This document shows positions 1 to 8,681 of a stretch of 32,000 bases of DNA, piece after piece. Every line of letters begins with the position of its first letter. The stretch's first letter is position 1. A model generated the notes under the pieces. That model did not search any database and was not told the origin of the DNA. It saw only the letters and a program-made list of their open reading frames with translations. Origin of the DNA: Cupriavidus necator. GTDB taxonomy: Bacteria > Pseudomonadota > Gammaproteobacteria > Burkholderiales > Burkholderiaceae. The DNA is taken from NCBI RefSeq assembly GCF_016127575.1, contig NZ_CP066020.1:1-32000 (forward strand), written 5' to 3'. A program made the position numbers and the translations under genes.

Positions 1-571
1 TACCGGTGCGCTTGCGGAACAGCTCGCCAGACAAATGGACCGACTGGCCAGTGCCCGACGAGGCGAAGGAGAGCTTGCCGGGCTGGGCCTTGGACAGCGC
101 TACCAGCTGGGCCACCGTACGCGCCGGCACATTCGCATTTACCACAAGAACGTTGGGGACCGACACCACCATGGTGACCGGCGCAAAGTCCTCCGCACGA
201 TAAGGCAGTTGCCGGTACAAGCTATAGTTGATCGCATTGGGTCCGATATTGCCCATCATCAGGGTGTAGCCGTCGGGAGCAGATTGCTTGAGCGCCTGCA
301 CGCCAATGATGCCGGCGCCGCCGGCACGGTTTTCTACCACTACCGGCTGGCCCAGGAGTTCGGCCATGCGTTTGCCAACCAGACGCGACGCGATATCCGT
401 GGTACCACCCGCTGCCGCAGGCACGATCAGCCGGATCGGCTTGTCAGGGTATGCCGCCAGCGCAGCGCCGGGCTCGGCCAATGCCACCACACCAACAGCC
501 CACGTCATCCCGGCTGTCGCCAATACCAGCCTGGCGATTGCCAGCCGCAGCATTTCAAGGCCTTGCTTCAT
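1..571 (-). CDS. Bug-family (TctC-like) periplasmic solute-binding protein, N-terminal ~190 codons; 3' end lies beyond the window edge
   Basis: Manual minus-strand translation from the ATG at 571-569 gives MKQGLEMLRLAIARLVLATAGMTWAVGVVALAEPGAALAAYPDKPIRLIVP... This is a signal peptide followed by the PDxPIRxIVPxxAGG motif also present in the complete paralogue at 1173-2186. It is missing from the ORF track because there is no stop codon inside the window. Confidence 0.8.
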   Translation of the reverse strand, partial: MKQGLEMLRLAIARLVLATAGMTWAVGVVALAEPGAALAAYPDKPIRLIVPAAAGGTTDIASRLVGKRMAELLGQPVVVENRAGGAGIIGVQALKQSAPDGYTLMMGNIGPNAINYSLYRQLPYRAEDFAPVTMVVSVPNVLVVNANVPARTVAQLVALSKAQPGKLSFASSGTGQSVHLSGELFRKRTG

Positions 572-859
572 CGTCGTCTCCCTAGTTGATCACGCCAAAG
601 CGTGCGCCGCCTTTTATTAGATTTGCACCATAGGCGTGCCAAATACAGTAGGGCGACAGCGGTGACATTGGAATTCACAATTCACAAACTAGGCCTTCGA
701 CTTGACGAAACGCATGATCCCGACAGCAAAGAACCTGCCGGCCTCATTTCCGTTCCGACCCGAGCAAGGTCAGCCCAATACTGGCTGTCCAGGCAGACTT
801 GCATGGCTGATCTCAGCACCGATCGCTGAAAACGGGAAAACAATTGCTGAGTTCATGAA

Positions 860-1172
860 GTGCGCCTTGTCGCATCTTCGAGCGCACCGGCTGCTACGGA
901 GGAGGCCGTGCAGACCGACAATCTGCGCCTCCCGATCGAGAGGCCCGCGACGTGCCCAGTCGCATGCGAGAGCGGTTGGGTGTGACCTGACCCGCCTCAG
1001 CAGAACGGCGGTGTCCCGTCCTTCGCGCTCCTGACGATGGATATGGTTTTCCCCGAGCGACTTGCCGCCCTGGCCCTCGGCAACGCCCGACAGAGGCATT
1101 GCCAAATTGCGAGAAGCGTTGCGTGGTCGCATTACCGAGCATCATCGCACTAGGCTCAGACTGCACTGGAGA
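860..1172 (+). pseudogene. Degenerate, frameshifted remnant of an IS110-family transposase (central region only)
   Basis: Two adjacent + frames give ...PERLAALALGNARQR and AKLREALRGRITEHHRTRLRLH. These resemble the 'dPe.LA.La...L..AL.Gr...HHrFlLr' segment of one IS110 subfamily. Upstream there is CALSHLRAHRLLRR (compare DA.wlA.LLRhGLLr). There is no intact ORF, and the remnant ends where the Bug gene stops. Recognised from memory of the motif only. Confidence 0.35.
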
Positions 1173-2186
1173 TCAATCGGCGCGGATCCCGCGCGCCCGG
1201 ATCAGCTCGCCCCACTTGGCGGTCTCACGCGCCAGGTGGTCGCGTAGTGCTGCCGGGGTACTGCCAATCGGCTCCGCGCCAATCGCCGCCAGCCGTTTCT
1301 GCACGGCAGGATTGCGTAGCGCATCGAGCATGGCTTGGTTCAGCTTCTCAATGGCGGCGGAAGGCGTGCGTGCCGGAACAAAGGCGGCGAACCACGGCGA
1401 TAGCTCATAGCCAGCCAACCCGGACTCGGCTACGGTAGGCACATTGGGCAACGCCGTCGAGCGCTTGGTGGTCGTTACCGCGATGGCGGTGAGTTTGCCG
1501 GAATCGATATGCGGCTTTGCCGAGGTGATGCTGTCGAACATGTAGTCGACCTGGCCGCCAAGCAGGTCGGTCATGGCCGGGCCACTGCCTTTGTAGGGAA
1601 CGTGCAGCAGGTCGACGCCCGCCATGGAAGTGAACAACTCGCCTGCTAGGTGGATCGAGGTGCCGTTGCCCGCCGACGCATAGGTGTACTTGCCCGGCCG
1701 CGCCTTGGCATTGGCCACCACCTCCGCAACCGTCTTCACTGGCGTCTTGGCCTTGCTCGCCACCAGTACATTGGGTACCACAGCCAGCAGCGACACGGGG
1801 GCAAAGTCTTTCACCGGGTCGTAGCCGAGCTTGCCGTACAGGGCGGGATTCACCGCCATGCCGTTAGCCACGATGATCATGGTGTAGCCGTCGGCCGGCG
1901 CGCGCGCAACCAGCTCCGCGCCGATGTTGCCGCCGGCGCCGGGGCGATTCTCCACCACGATGGCCTGACCGAGCGTGCGCGACATATCTTCACCCAGCGT
2001 GCGCGCGATATTGTCCATCGCGCCGCCGGCCGGAAACGGCACGATCCAGCGGATCGGGTGGTCGGGCCACGCTGCATGGGCGGGCGCGCTGGCCGCGGCC
2101 AGGACGAGCATCAGCGCGGCGGCGCCGGTGCGGGCGTCAGGTGTGGTCAATGGCCGCGGGAACAGCCGCTGCAGCAGGGATTTCAT
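1173..2186 (-). CDS. Bug-family (TctC-like) periplasmic solute-binding protein
   Basis: ORF 1173-2258. The likely start is MKSLLQRLF... (ATG at 2186). It has a signal peptide ending AHA, then WPDHPIRWIVPFPAGGAMDNIAR and VVENRPGAGGNIG, which are typical of the Bug family. It lies 28 nt downstream of catC on the same strand. Confidence 0.85.
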   Translation of the reverse strand: MKSLLQRLFPRPLTTPDARTGAAALMLVLAAASAPAHAAWPDHPIRWIVPFPAGGAMDNIARTLGEDMSRTLGQAIVVENRPGAGGNIGAELVARAPADGYTMIIVANGMAVNPALYGKLGYDPVKDFAPVSLLAVVPNVLVASKAKTPVKTVAEVVANAKARPGKYTYASAGNGTSIHLAGELFTSMAGVDLLHVPYKGSGPAMTDLLGGQVDYMFDSITSAKPHIDSGKLTAIAVTTTKRSTALPNVPTVAESGLAGYELSPWFAAFVPARTPSAAIEKLNQAMLDALRNPAVQKRLAAIGAEPIGSTPAALRDHLARETAKWGELIRARGIRAD

Positions 2187-2214
2187 TTGTCTCCGTGTCT
2201 TTTGATTGAATCGT

Positions 2215-2493
2215 TCAGCGTATCGACGACGGATGCTTCGCCAGCGGCGTGACCGCAAGCTTCATGTACGGGAACAGCGGCAGGCCCGCCAGCAGCGTGT
2301 GCAGTTTGTCGTTGGATTCGACATCGAAGATGCTGTAGTTGGCGTATTCGCCCACCACGCGGTAGAGCTGCTGCCACTTGCCCTGGCGCTGCAGGTCCTG
2401 TGCGTAGGCCTTCTCGCGCGCCTTTATCTCATCGGCCTGGGCCGCGGGCATGTCGTGCGGCAGGTTGACGTCCATCCGTACCAGATAAAGCAT
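2215..2493 (-). CDS. catC: Muconolactone delta-isomerase
   Basis: 92-aa product MLYLVRMDVNLPHDMPAAQADEIKAREKAYAQDLQRQGKWQQLYRVVGEYANYSIFDVESNDKLHTLL... is a textbook CatC sequence and length. A GGAGAA Shine-Dalgarno precedes the ATG at 2493. The longer 228-aa track ORF is a spurious N-terminal extension. Confidence 0.9.
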   Translation of the reverse strand: MLYLVRMDVNLPHDMPAAQADEIKAREKAYAQDLQRQGKWQQLYRVVGEYANYSIFDVESNDKLHTLLAGLPLFPYMKLAVTPLAKHPSSIR

Positions 2494-2528
2494 GAGGATT
2501 TCTCCGATCGTGTTGGGGCGGCTGAGGT

Positions 2529-3656
2529 TCAGCCTTGCTTGCGGCGATAGTGCGCCAGCTTGTCCTCGTCCAGCGCGAGTCCAAGGCCCGGCCCCTGCGG
2601 CAGGTGCAGCGCGAAATCCCGGTACTCTGGCCGCGCCGTGACGATATCGTCCTTGAGCAGCAGTGGCCCGAACAGTTCCGTGCCCCAAGCGAGCTGCGGT
2701 AGCGTGCAGAAGCCGTGGGCGGCGGCGATGGTGCCCACGCTGCCTTCCAGCATGGTGCCGCCATAAAGCGCGATGCCGGCGGCATCGCCCACGGCCGCGG
2801 TGCGCAGCATGCCGAAGATGCCGCCGGACTTGGCGATCTTCAGGGCAAACACGTCGGCGCCGCCGATGCGTGCCAGCTCCATCGCGTCTTCCGGCCCGCA
2901 CACCGCCTCGTCGGCCATGATCGGCACGACAAAGCGGGCGGCCAGCCGGGCCAGCGCGGCACGCTGTTCGCGCGGCGTGGGTTGTTCGATCAGGTCGATG
3001 CCGGCGGCTTCCAGCATGGCGATGCCGGTGGCGGCCTCGGCCTCGTTCCAGGCCTGGTTCACGTCAACGGTCACGCGGGCACGATCGCCCAGCGCGCGCT
3101 TGATCGCGGCCACGTGGGCCACGTCGTCGCGCACGGCACGGCGGCCGATTTTGAGCTTGAAGGTGTTGTGGCGGCGGGCTTCCAGCAGTTGCTCGGCCTC
3201 TGCGATATCGCGCCCGGTATCGCCGCTGGCCAGGGTCCATAACGCCGGCAGCGTGTCGCGCACGGCGCCGCCCAGCAGCGTGATCAGCGGCACGCCGAGG
3301 CGCTTGCCCTGCGCATCCAGCAATGCGGTTTCAAGGGCGGACTTGGCGAAGCGGTTGCCGCGCGCCACCTTGTTCAGGCGCGCCATGGCCGCATGCACGT
3401 TGGCGGCGTCCTGGCCGACCAGCGCGGGGGCCAGGTAGGTGTCGATGGTGAGTTTGATGCCTTCGGGACTTTCGTCGCCGTAGGACAAACCACCGATCGT
3501 CGTGGCCTCGCCGATGCCTTCAATGCCGTCGCTGCACTGCAGCCGCACGATAACCAGCGTCTGCTGCTGCATGGTCGCCATGGCAAGCTGGTGCGCCCGG
3601 ATGGTCGGTAGGTCGACCAGGATTGCTTCGACTGCCGTAACCGTTACATGGGTCAT
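2529..3656 (-). CDS. catB: Muconate cycloisomerase (muconate-lactonizing enzyme, enolase superfamily)
   Basis: 375-aa ORF MTHVTVTAVEAILVDLPTIRAHQLAMATMQQQTLVIVRLQCSDGIEGIGEATTIGGLSYG... shows characteristic MLE N-terminal and barrel motifs. It is followed 35 nt later by catC. Confidence 0.9.
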   Translation of the reverse strand: MTHVTVTAVEAILVDLPTIRAHQLAMATMQQQTLVIVRLQCSDGIEGIGEATTIGGLSYGDESPEGIKLTIDTYLAPALVGQDAANVHAAMARLNKVARGNRFAKSALETALLDAQGKRLGVPLITLLGGAVRDTLPALWTLASGDTGRDIAEAEQLLEARRHNTFKLKIGRRAVRDDVAHVAAIKRALGDRARVTVDVNQAWNEAEAATGIAMLEAAGIDLIEQPTPREQRAALARLAARFVVPIMADEAVCGPEDAMELARIGGADVFALKIAKSGGIFGMLRTAAVGDAAGIALYGGTMLEGSVGTIAAAHGFCTLPQLAWGTELFGPLLLKDDIVTARPEYRDFALHLPQGPGLGLALDEDKLAHYRRKQG

Positions 3657-3741
3657 TCGATACCTTTACGGTGCAATTTGAGTTGCCTCTGAGTATGCAT
3701 CTCGACCGTATGGGTGTCCAAGACCATTCGTGTCTGATAGC

Positions 3742-3756
3742 ATACCGTACAGGTAT
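3742..3756. promoter_or_regulatory. LysR-type (CatR/CatM/BenM class) operator, ATAC-N7-GTAT
   Basis: ATACCGTACAGGTAT is a perfect ATAC-N7-GTAT dyad in the 114-bp catB/catR divergent intergenic region. Confidence 0.6.
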
Positions 3757-3770
3757 TTCTGGGGTCCGAT

Positions 3771-3941
3771 ATGGAGCTTCGCCACTTACGCTATTTCCAG
3801 ACCGTCGCTCAGGAGTTAAATGTGACGCGGGCGGCTTCGATCTTGCATATGGCCCAGCCGCCGTTGTCCCGCCAGATCCGGCAGTTCGAGGATGAAATCG
3901 GCGTGGATCTTTTTCACCGCGTCGGTCGCGGAATGCGACTG
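3771..3941 (+). pseudogene. catR: 5' stub (~57 codons, HTH domain only) of a catR-like LysR-type regulator, truncated by the left end of the tni transposon
   Basis: MELRHLRYFQTVAQELNVTRAASILHMAQPPLSRQIRQFEDEIGVDLFHRVGRGMRL is a canonical LysR N-terminus. Similarity ends at about 3940, where the transposon terminal repeat TGTTGCAGATCG starts. The rest of the track ORF (LQIANTPSGSRYIR*) is transposon sequence. Confidence 0.8.
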
Positions 3942-4160
3942 TTGCAGATCGCCAATACCCCCAGCGGTAGCCGCTATATCCGCTAGCATTCACCTCGATC
4001 CAACTGATTGATCCGTAATGGATCTCTCGTCCGTTGTGACGTCTACATTGTTGCTGGTAGGCAACGCGTTTTGGGGCGTTGGGTCCACTAATTCCGCCAG
4101 CCTGGGTCACCCGTTCAGTAAATCGCCTAATGTGACTGAGACCACTGTCTTGGACACGCG

Positions 4161-5786
4161 ATGAGGATTGCAACGAAGCGCGAGCTGGCGATTGCGAGGG
4201 TCTTGCGTCCGCTTGGGAGGGCTCCTCTCTCGCGTAGGCAAGCCGAGAATGCTGGCAAATTGCTTGGAATCCATTGGGCGACGGTTTACCACTTGCGCCG
4301 GCGCTTCCTCGCGGATCCGGTGGCGAGCGCGTTGATACCGTATGAACGAGGTCCCAAAGTGGGAGATACGCGTCTAGCGGCGACTGTCGAGGAAATTGTG
4401 AGGGAGGTACTTTCCGATTGGCTGCCGCGACAGCCTTATCTTGCTCATCCGCTCTTCGAGCTGGTCGTCGAAATCCGGAAGCGATGCGCAGCGGCAAGTA
4501 TTAGTCCGCCAAGCAGATCTACCATTTCGCGACGCTGGCGCGCACATCGGGAAGAAGAGGCACTTCGGCTCGCAACGCTGCCGGGTTCTGAGATTCCCCC
4601 AGGCCATCTTGTGGCGCGCTGTCCGATGGACATTGTGCAGATTGATCACACGCTGGCCGATTTGATGCTGGTGGATGATGCGAGCCGACGCCCCATTGGC
4701 CGGCCATGGCTAAGCATCGCCCTCGATGTTTCGACAAGATGCGTCGTTGGCGTATACGTCGGGATGGACCGCCCCAACGCGGCAACTGTCGCGTTGCTAT
4801 TGACTCGCGTTGTCTTGCCAAAGGATGGCTGGCTCGCCAGCCTCGATGTTAGCGTTGATTGGCCTATGCACGGCATTCCACAGCTACTTCATCTCGATAA
4901 TGCGGCGGAATTCAAGAGCAGGGCATTGCGAGCGGGGTGTCGGGAGTACGGCGTCGAACTGATGTACCGACCTGCGGGGAGACCGTACTTCGGGGGCCAT
5001 ATCGAACGTTTGATGAGGACCATCATGGAACGTGTCCACAGTTTGCCAGGGTCGACTGGCTCGTCACCCAAGGGCCGCAAGGCCAGACCGCCGGAGAAGG
5101 AAGCCTCCTTGACGATCCGGGAGTTTGAGCGGTGGCTAGTTCTCGAGATTGCCGAACGCTATCACCACAACGCTCACCGCGGGCTGCAGGGCGCCACTCC
5201 GTTTTCGCAGTGGGCGACGGCGGGCCAAAAGACGCCTCCACGCTTACTCCCCAATGCGGCGCCTGAACCATTGCGCTTTCTAATCCAGTTCTTGCCGATG
5301 ACTTATCGGACCGTGCAGTCAGATGGGCTGACGCTGTTCTACCTGCGGTACTGGCATCCAATATTTGCCGCCTGGCGGGCGACCAAGCAGAAAGTCATTA
5401 CAAGATACCACCCTGAGGATCTCTCCAGAATCTTTGTCAGTGTCGACGGAAAGCACTACGTTGAAGCGACATTTGCGGACTTGCGTCGTGGCCGAGTGTC
5501 ATTGTGGGAGCAGCGCAGTGCGTTACGGCGCTTACGATCCCAAGGCAAAGAGTATGTCACAGAAGCGAAGGTATTTGACGCGATTGATGAGCAACGTCGG
5601 ATTGTCTCCCACGCTAGATCGCAAACGTTAGGAGCAAATCGTCAAGGCGAAGCTCTGAAGGAACTGTCGCCACAGAGCCTTGGCGAGGCGCCAAACTCGG
5701 TACGTGCAAACACGTTGGACAAGCAATCTGAGCCGGCAGTGGATTACAACAAGCCGCCCCCAGTGTTCAATGTCGAGCCGCTGTAA
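4161..5786 (+). CDS. tniA: TniA/TnsB-like DDE transposase (Mu-type integrase core)
   Basis: 541-aa ORF with an N-terminal HTH region. The DDE context is IVQIDHTLADL..., LHLDNAAEFKS..., GGHIERLMRT. The C-terminal domain resembles Mu-transposase C-terminal domains. Confidence 0.85.
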   Translation: MRIATKRELAIARVLRPLGRAPLSRRQAENAGKLLGIHWATVYHLRRRFLADPVASALIPYERGPKVGDTRLAATVEEIVREVLSDWLPRQPYLAHPLFELVVEIRKRCAAASISPPSRSTISRRWRAHREEEALRLATLPGSEIPPGHLVARCPMDIVQIDHTLADLMLVDDASRRPIGRPWLSIALDVSTRCVVGVYVGMDRPNAATVALLLTRVVLPKDGWLASLDVSVDWPMHGIPQLLHLDNAAEFKSRALRAGCREYGVELMYRPAGRPYFGGHIERLMRTIMERVHSLPGSTGSSPKGRKARPPEKEASLTIREFERWLVLEIAERYHHNAHRGLQGATPFSQWATAGQKTPPRLLPNAAPEPLRFLIQFLPMTYRTVQSDGLTLFYLRYWHPIFAAWRATKQKVITRYHPEDLSRIFVSVDGKHYVEATFADLRRGRVSLWEQRSALRRLRSQGKEYVTEAKVFDAIDEQRRIVSHARSQTLGANRQGEALKELSPQSLGEAPNSVRANTLDKQSEPAVDYNKPPPVFNVEPL

Positions 5787-5791
5787 TTGCA

Positions 5792-6661
5792 ATGCGCCCG
5801 CTGCTAACACATCTGCTCCCGGCCGCGAGAGAGCTGGCTATGTGCGACGATGGTGTCAGAATTAAAGGCTTGGCACGTAGCCATTGGATAGATTACCCGC
5901 GCGCAACCCAAGCACTGGAGATTCTCGAGCGTCTCCTCCAAACACCTCAGCGGGAGCGTATGCCGTGTCTGTTGCTGCACGGAGATTCCAACATCGGTAA
6001 GACGCAGATTGTCTCCAAGTTCCAGCGTCGTCATCCACCCGAGTACGACGAAGGGAAGGGCGTCGAGTTGCGAAGTATTGTTGCCATGCAGATGCCACCG
6101 ACACCGGAGCAGCCGAGGTTCTATTCTTCGTTGCTCTTCGAACTGGGTGCTCCCTTCAACGCGGCGGCAAGGCTATCTGCGCTTGAGAACCTGAGTCGTG
6201 CCTTGCTTCGAAAAGTCTCGGCGCGTATGCTGATCGTTGACGAGGTTCATCACTTGTTGGCAGGCAACTATCGGGAGCAGCGTGCATCCCTGAATTTGCT
6301 CAAGTTCCTCGCCAATGACTTGAAAATCGCGGTTGTCCTCGTTGGCACTCAAGACGCCGTCTTGGCGCTCCAAACGGATCCTCAGATGGTCAGTCGATTC
6401 GCCCGTTTCGAGGTGCCGAGATGGCAGGAGACGGAGGCATTTCGTTCTCTTCTCGCAGCCTTCGAGATGATTTTGCCGCTTCGACGTCCGTCGAATCTCG
6501 CACGGCGAGAGATCGTACATGCCATTCTGACTGCAAGTGGAGGGCTAACCGGGGAAGTGTCGCGTGTCTTGACTGTTTCCGCAGAACTCGCGATCCGGGA
6601 TGGGAAGGAGGCCATCGACCTGGGTCACATAGAGAATGCAGCGCGAACCCTGCTCTCCTGA
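5792..6661 (+). CDS. tniB: TniB/TnsC-like AAA+ ATPase
   Basis: 289 aa with Walker A LLLHGDSNIGKTQI and Walker B MLIVDEVHHLL. It starts 5 nt after the tniA stop. Confidence 0.85.
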   Translation: MRPLLTHLLPAARELAMCDDGVRIKGLARSHWIDYPRATQALEILERLLQTPQRERMPCLLLHGDSNIGKTQIVSKFQRRHPPEYDEGKGVELRSIVAMQMPPTPEQPRFYSSLLFELGAPFNAAARLSALENLSRALLRKVSARMLIVDEVHHLLAGNYREQRASLNLLKFLANDLKIAVVLVGTQDAVLALQTDPQMVSRFARFEVPRWQETEAFRSLLAAFEMILPLRRPSNLARREIVHAILTASGGLTGEVSRVLTVSAELAIRDGKEAIDLGHIENAARTLLS

Positions 6662-7142
6662 GGGTGTCAGGCCTTGGCCCGTTGCTCCGCGTCCATTCGA
6701 TGACGAAGCGTTTGGCGGTTGGCTCGGTCGCCTGGCCGCAAGGTATCAGATCAGTGTTGACCAGTTGTGGCAGATTGGCGACCTTGGTGCGTTTCCGGCG
6801 TTGACCAATTCTGGCTGGCTGCTATTTCCCCCGATGGATGAGCAGGCACTGTGCCGCCTTGCGATGCTGACTCATATTGGTATGCCAAGGCTCGAGGCAC
6901 TTCAAACACCTATGGCGTGGGTGTCAGACCGAGATCAGCTCCCATACTGCTTCGACTGCCTGGTTCTGAATCCCGTCGACGTTTTCTCGCCTCGCTGGAA
7001 GCGGGATTGGCTGGATCCGCACACGGCTGTCTGCCAAGTCCCTGGCCATAGGCTGAATTCGCTCCCACCATGCACGCTACGCATCTGCCGCAACCTCACT
7101 GCGGTGCTCCGTGCGATCAGCAAGCGTCAGCGCAAGGGGTAG
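6636..7142 (+). CDS. tniQ: Short TniQ-domain protein (168 aa)
   Basis: WPVAPRPFDDEAFGGWLGRLAARYQISVDQLW is the typical TniQ N-terminus. A Cys/His cluster YCFDCL...CQVPGH follows. The ORF overlaps the tniB 3' end by 26 nt and stops 58 nt before the first subterminal repeat of the right end. Confidence 0.7.
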   Translation: MQREPCSPEGVRPWPVAPRPFDDEAFGGWLGRLAARYQISVDQLWQIGDLGAFPALTNSGWLLFPPMDEQALCRLAMLTHIGMPRLEALQTPMAWVSDRDQLPYCFDCLVLNPVDVFSPRWKRDWLDPHTAVCQVPGHRLNSLPPCTLRICRNLTAVLRAISKRQRKG

Positions 7143-7164
7143 GAAAAAGCGGTCAGATCTCCAT

Positions 7165-7198
7165 ATTGGCGGAAATTGTGACCACCATTGGCGGAAAT
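7165..7198 (+). repeat. Two direct ATTGGCGGAAAT repeats (22-bp phasing) in the transposon right end; probable TniA binding sites
   Basis: ATTGGCGGAAAT occurs at 7165-7176 and 7187-7198. The related inverse copy ATTCCGCCA is at 4091-4099 in the left end, and the left tip reads ATCGCCAATA. Confidence 0.5.
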
Positions 7199-7211
7199 AA
7201 CGATCTGCAAC

Positions 7212-7492
7212 ACCTGGACAACAACCGGCACTTCATCGTGAACTACGGTGACCGCTTTCGGCATGGGGAGCCCATTGCATCAGGTTTTGTCGAGTCGGCC
7301 GTCAACCAGGTGGTCAGCAAGCGATTCGTCAAACGGCAGCAGATGGCCTGGCGGCCTCGGCACGCGCACAACCTGCTGCAAATCCGGACCGCCGTGCTCA
7401 ATAATCATCTCCGGTCTTACGTTGAACGATGGTATCCCTCCATCGTCGGAGAACTTGCCGCTTAGTTAGCCCCCAGTTTGGCGCGGTCTCCT
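7212..7492 (+). pseudogene. 3'-terminal fragment of an ISKra4-like transposase gene plus IS right end (copy 1), 5'-truncated by the tni transposon
   Basis: Encodes ...LDNNRHFIVNYGDRFRHGEPIASGFVESAVNQVVSKRFVKRQQMAWRPRHAHNLLQIRTAVLNNHLRSYVERWYP... with a stop at 7463-7465. The NYGxRYRxGE...VES.VNQVVSKR...QQM.W motif recalls ISKra4-family transposase C-termini (from memory). It is repeated at 11372-11664. Confidence 0.55.
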
Positions 7493-8681
7493 ACTCGGGC
7501 ACCGGGCGAAGTCCGTGGCCGAACTGCTGTCGACCTACGCGGCCTTGCTCGCCCATGGCACCGAGATCGATGCCAAGGGCATTGCTGCGATGATTCCCGG
7601 CATCGACGCCGCTCAGGTGTCACTTGCCATGCGCGGGCTGGAGACCCATGGCCGTTTGCGCAGGGCCAACGAGGTGGTGGCTGAATTTCAAGGAAAGATC
7701 CCATTAGCCACGCACTGGGGCACCGGAAACAAGGCATCGGCCGACATGATGTCACTGGACGTTTCACGACATCTGTGGATCGCTCGTGTTGATCCACGTC
7801 GACGCACCTACGCGACCGGCATCTACACCCACGTGCTCGACAAGTGGGGCATCGTCTATGACCAACCGATCGTCTTGAATGAGCGTCAGGCAGGGGTTGC
7901 CATCGAGGGCGTAGAGCAGCACAACCGCAGCGAGGACCGTATCCGCCTGTCGTTACTGGCAGTGGACACCCACGGCTACACGAACGCCGCGTTGGCCCTG
8001 GCCAAGGGCCTGAATTTCGACCTATGCCCGCGGCTGCGCGATCTGGCAGAGCGCAAGCTGTACCTGCCTGCAGCGTTCAAAGTGCCGGAAGGCATCGAGC
8101 GTGTCACCACGAAGCGCTTGTCCTTGAGAGCCATACGCCTGGGTTGGGACGATTTCCTACGGGTGCTGGCATCGATCCGTATCGGCCGCATTAGCGCTGA
8201 GCTCGCGATGCAACGGTTAGGCAGCGCCGCCAGGACCAACAAGGCGCACAAAGCTGCCGAGCATCTCGGCCGGCTGTTGCGTAGCATCTTCCTGTGCGAC
8301 TACGTGACCATTGAAGACTTCCGCCGTGAAATCCATACATTGCTCAGCCGGGGGGAGTCGGTGCACCAGCTGCAGCGCGCGATCCATGCTGGCCGGGTAC
8401 CACACGAACGCGGCCGGCGAGGCGATGAGATGACGGCGATCTCGGGGGCACACGCGCTTCTGACCAACATCGTACTGGCGTGGAATACGCACCGCATGAA
8501 CGATGTCGTCGAGCGACTTCGCAAGGGGGGCACGAATATCGAGGACGCTTGGCTGCGCCGCATGGGGCCAGGGCATTTCGGGCACATCAACTTCCGCGGG
8601 ATCCTCAGCTTCGGTGTCGAGCGCTACATTGACGCGCTGATCCAAGGCCGCCGCGCAACAATCCGACAGGCTATGGCATGA
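7493..8681 (+). pseudogene. tnpA: C-terminal ~390 codons of a Tn3-family TnpA transposase (5' two-thirds missing)
   Basis: LLSTYAALLAHGTEIDAKGIAAM..., LLAVDTHGYTNAALALAKGL, ALLTNIVLAWNTHRM and RRMGPGHFGHINFRGILSF are conserved Tn3-family DDE-domain and C-terminal blocks. The reading frame is open from about 7470, with no plausible native start. It abuts the end of ISKra4-like copy 1. Confidence 0.8.

Larger units (their letters stand above)
3940..7212 (+). mobile_element. Compact Tn5053/Tn402-like (Tn7-superfamily) transposon carrying only tniA-tniB-tniQ
   Basis: A 12-bp perfect terminal inverted repeat TGTTGCAGATCG (3940-3951) / CGATCTGCAACA (7201-7212) has TG...CA tips. Subterminal ATT(T/C)CCGCCA-type repeats occur at 4091-4099 and, as the reverse complement, at 7165-7176 and 7187-7198. 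Both flanking genes (catR stub, ISKra4-like fragment) break at these ends. Confidence 0.75.

Noticed and set aside
3520-4497. 325-aa minus-strand ORF spanning the catB start, the catR stub and the transposon left end.
   Set aside because: It crosses three independent features and a transposon junction, and its product has no motifs. It is spurious.
3940-7212. Possibility that the tniQ-bearing element is a CRISPR-associated transposon (CAST).
   Set aside because: There are no cas genes, no CRISPR repeats and no room for them inside the 3.3-kb element, and none lie in the flanks.
7070-7465. 131-aa ORF that appears to fuse transposon right-end sequence to the ISKra4-like C-terminus.
   Set aside because: The N-terminal 47 codons read through the transposon IR and subterminal repeats by chance. 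Only the part from 7213 onward is transposase-derived.
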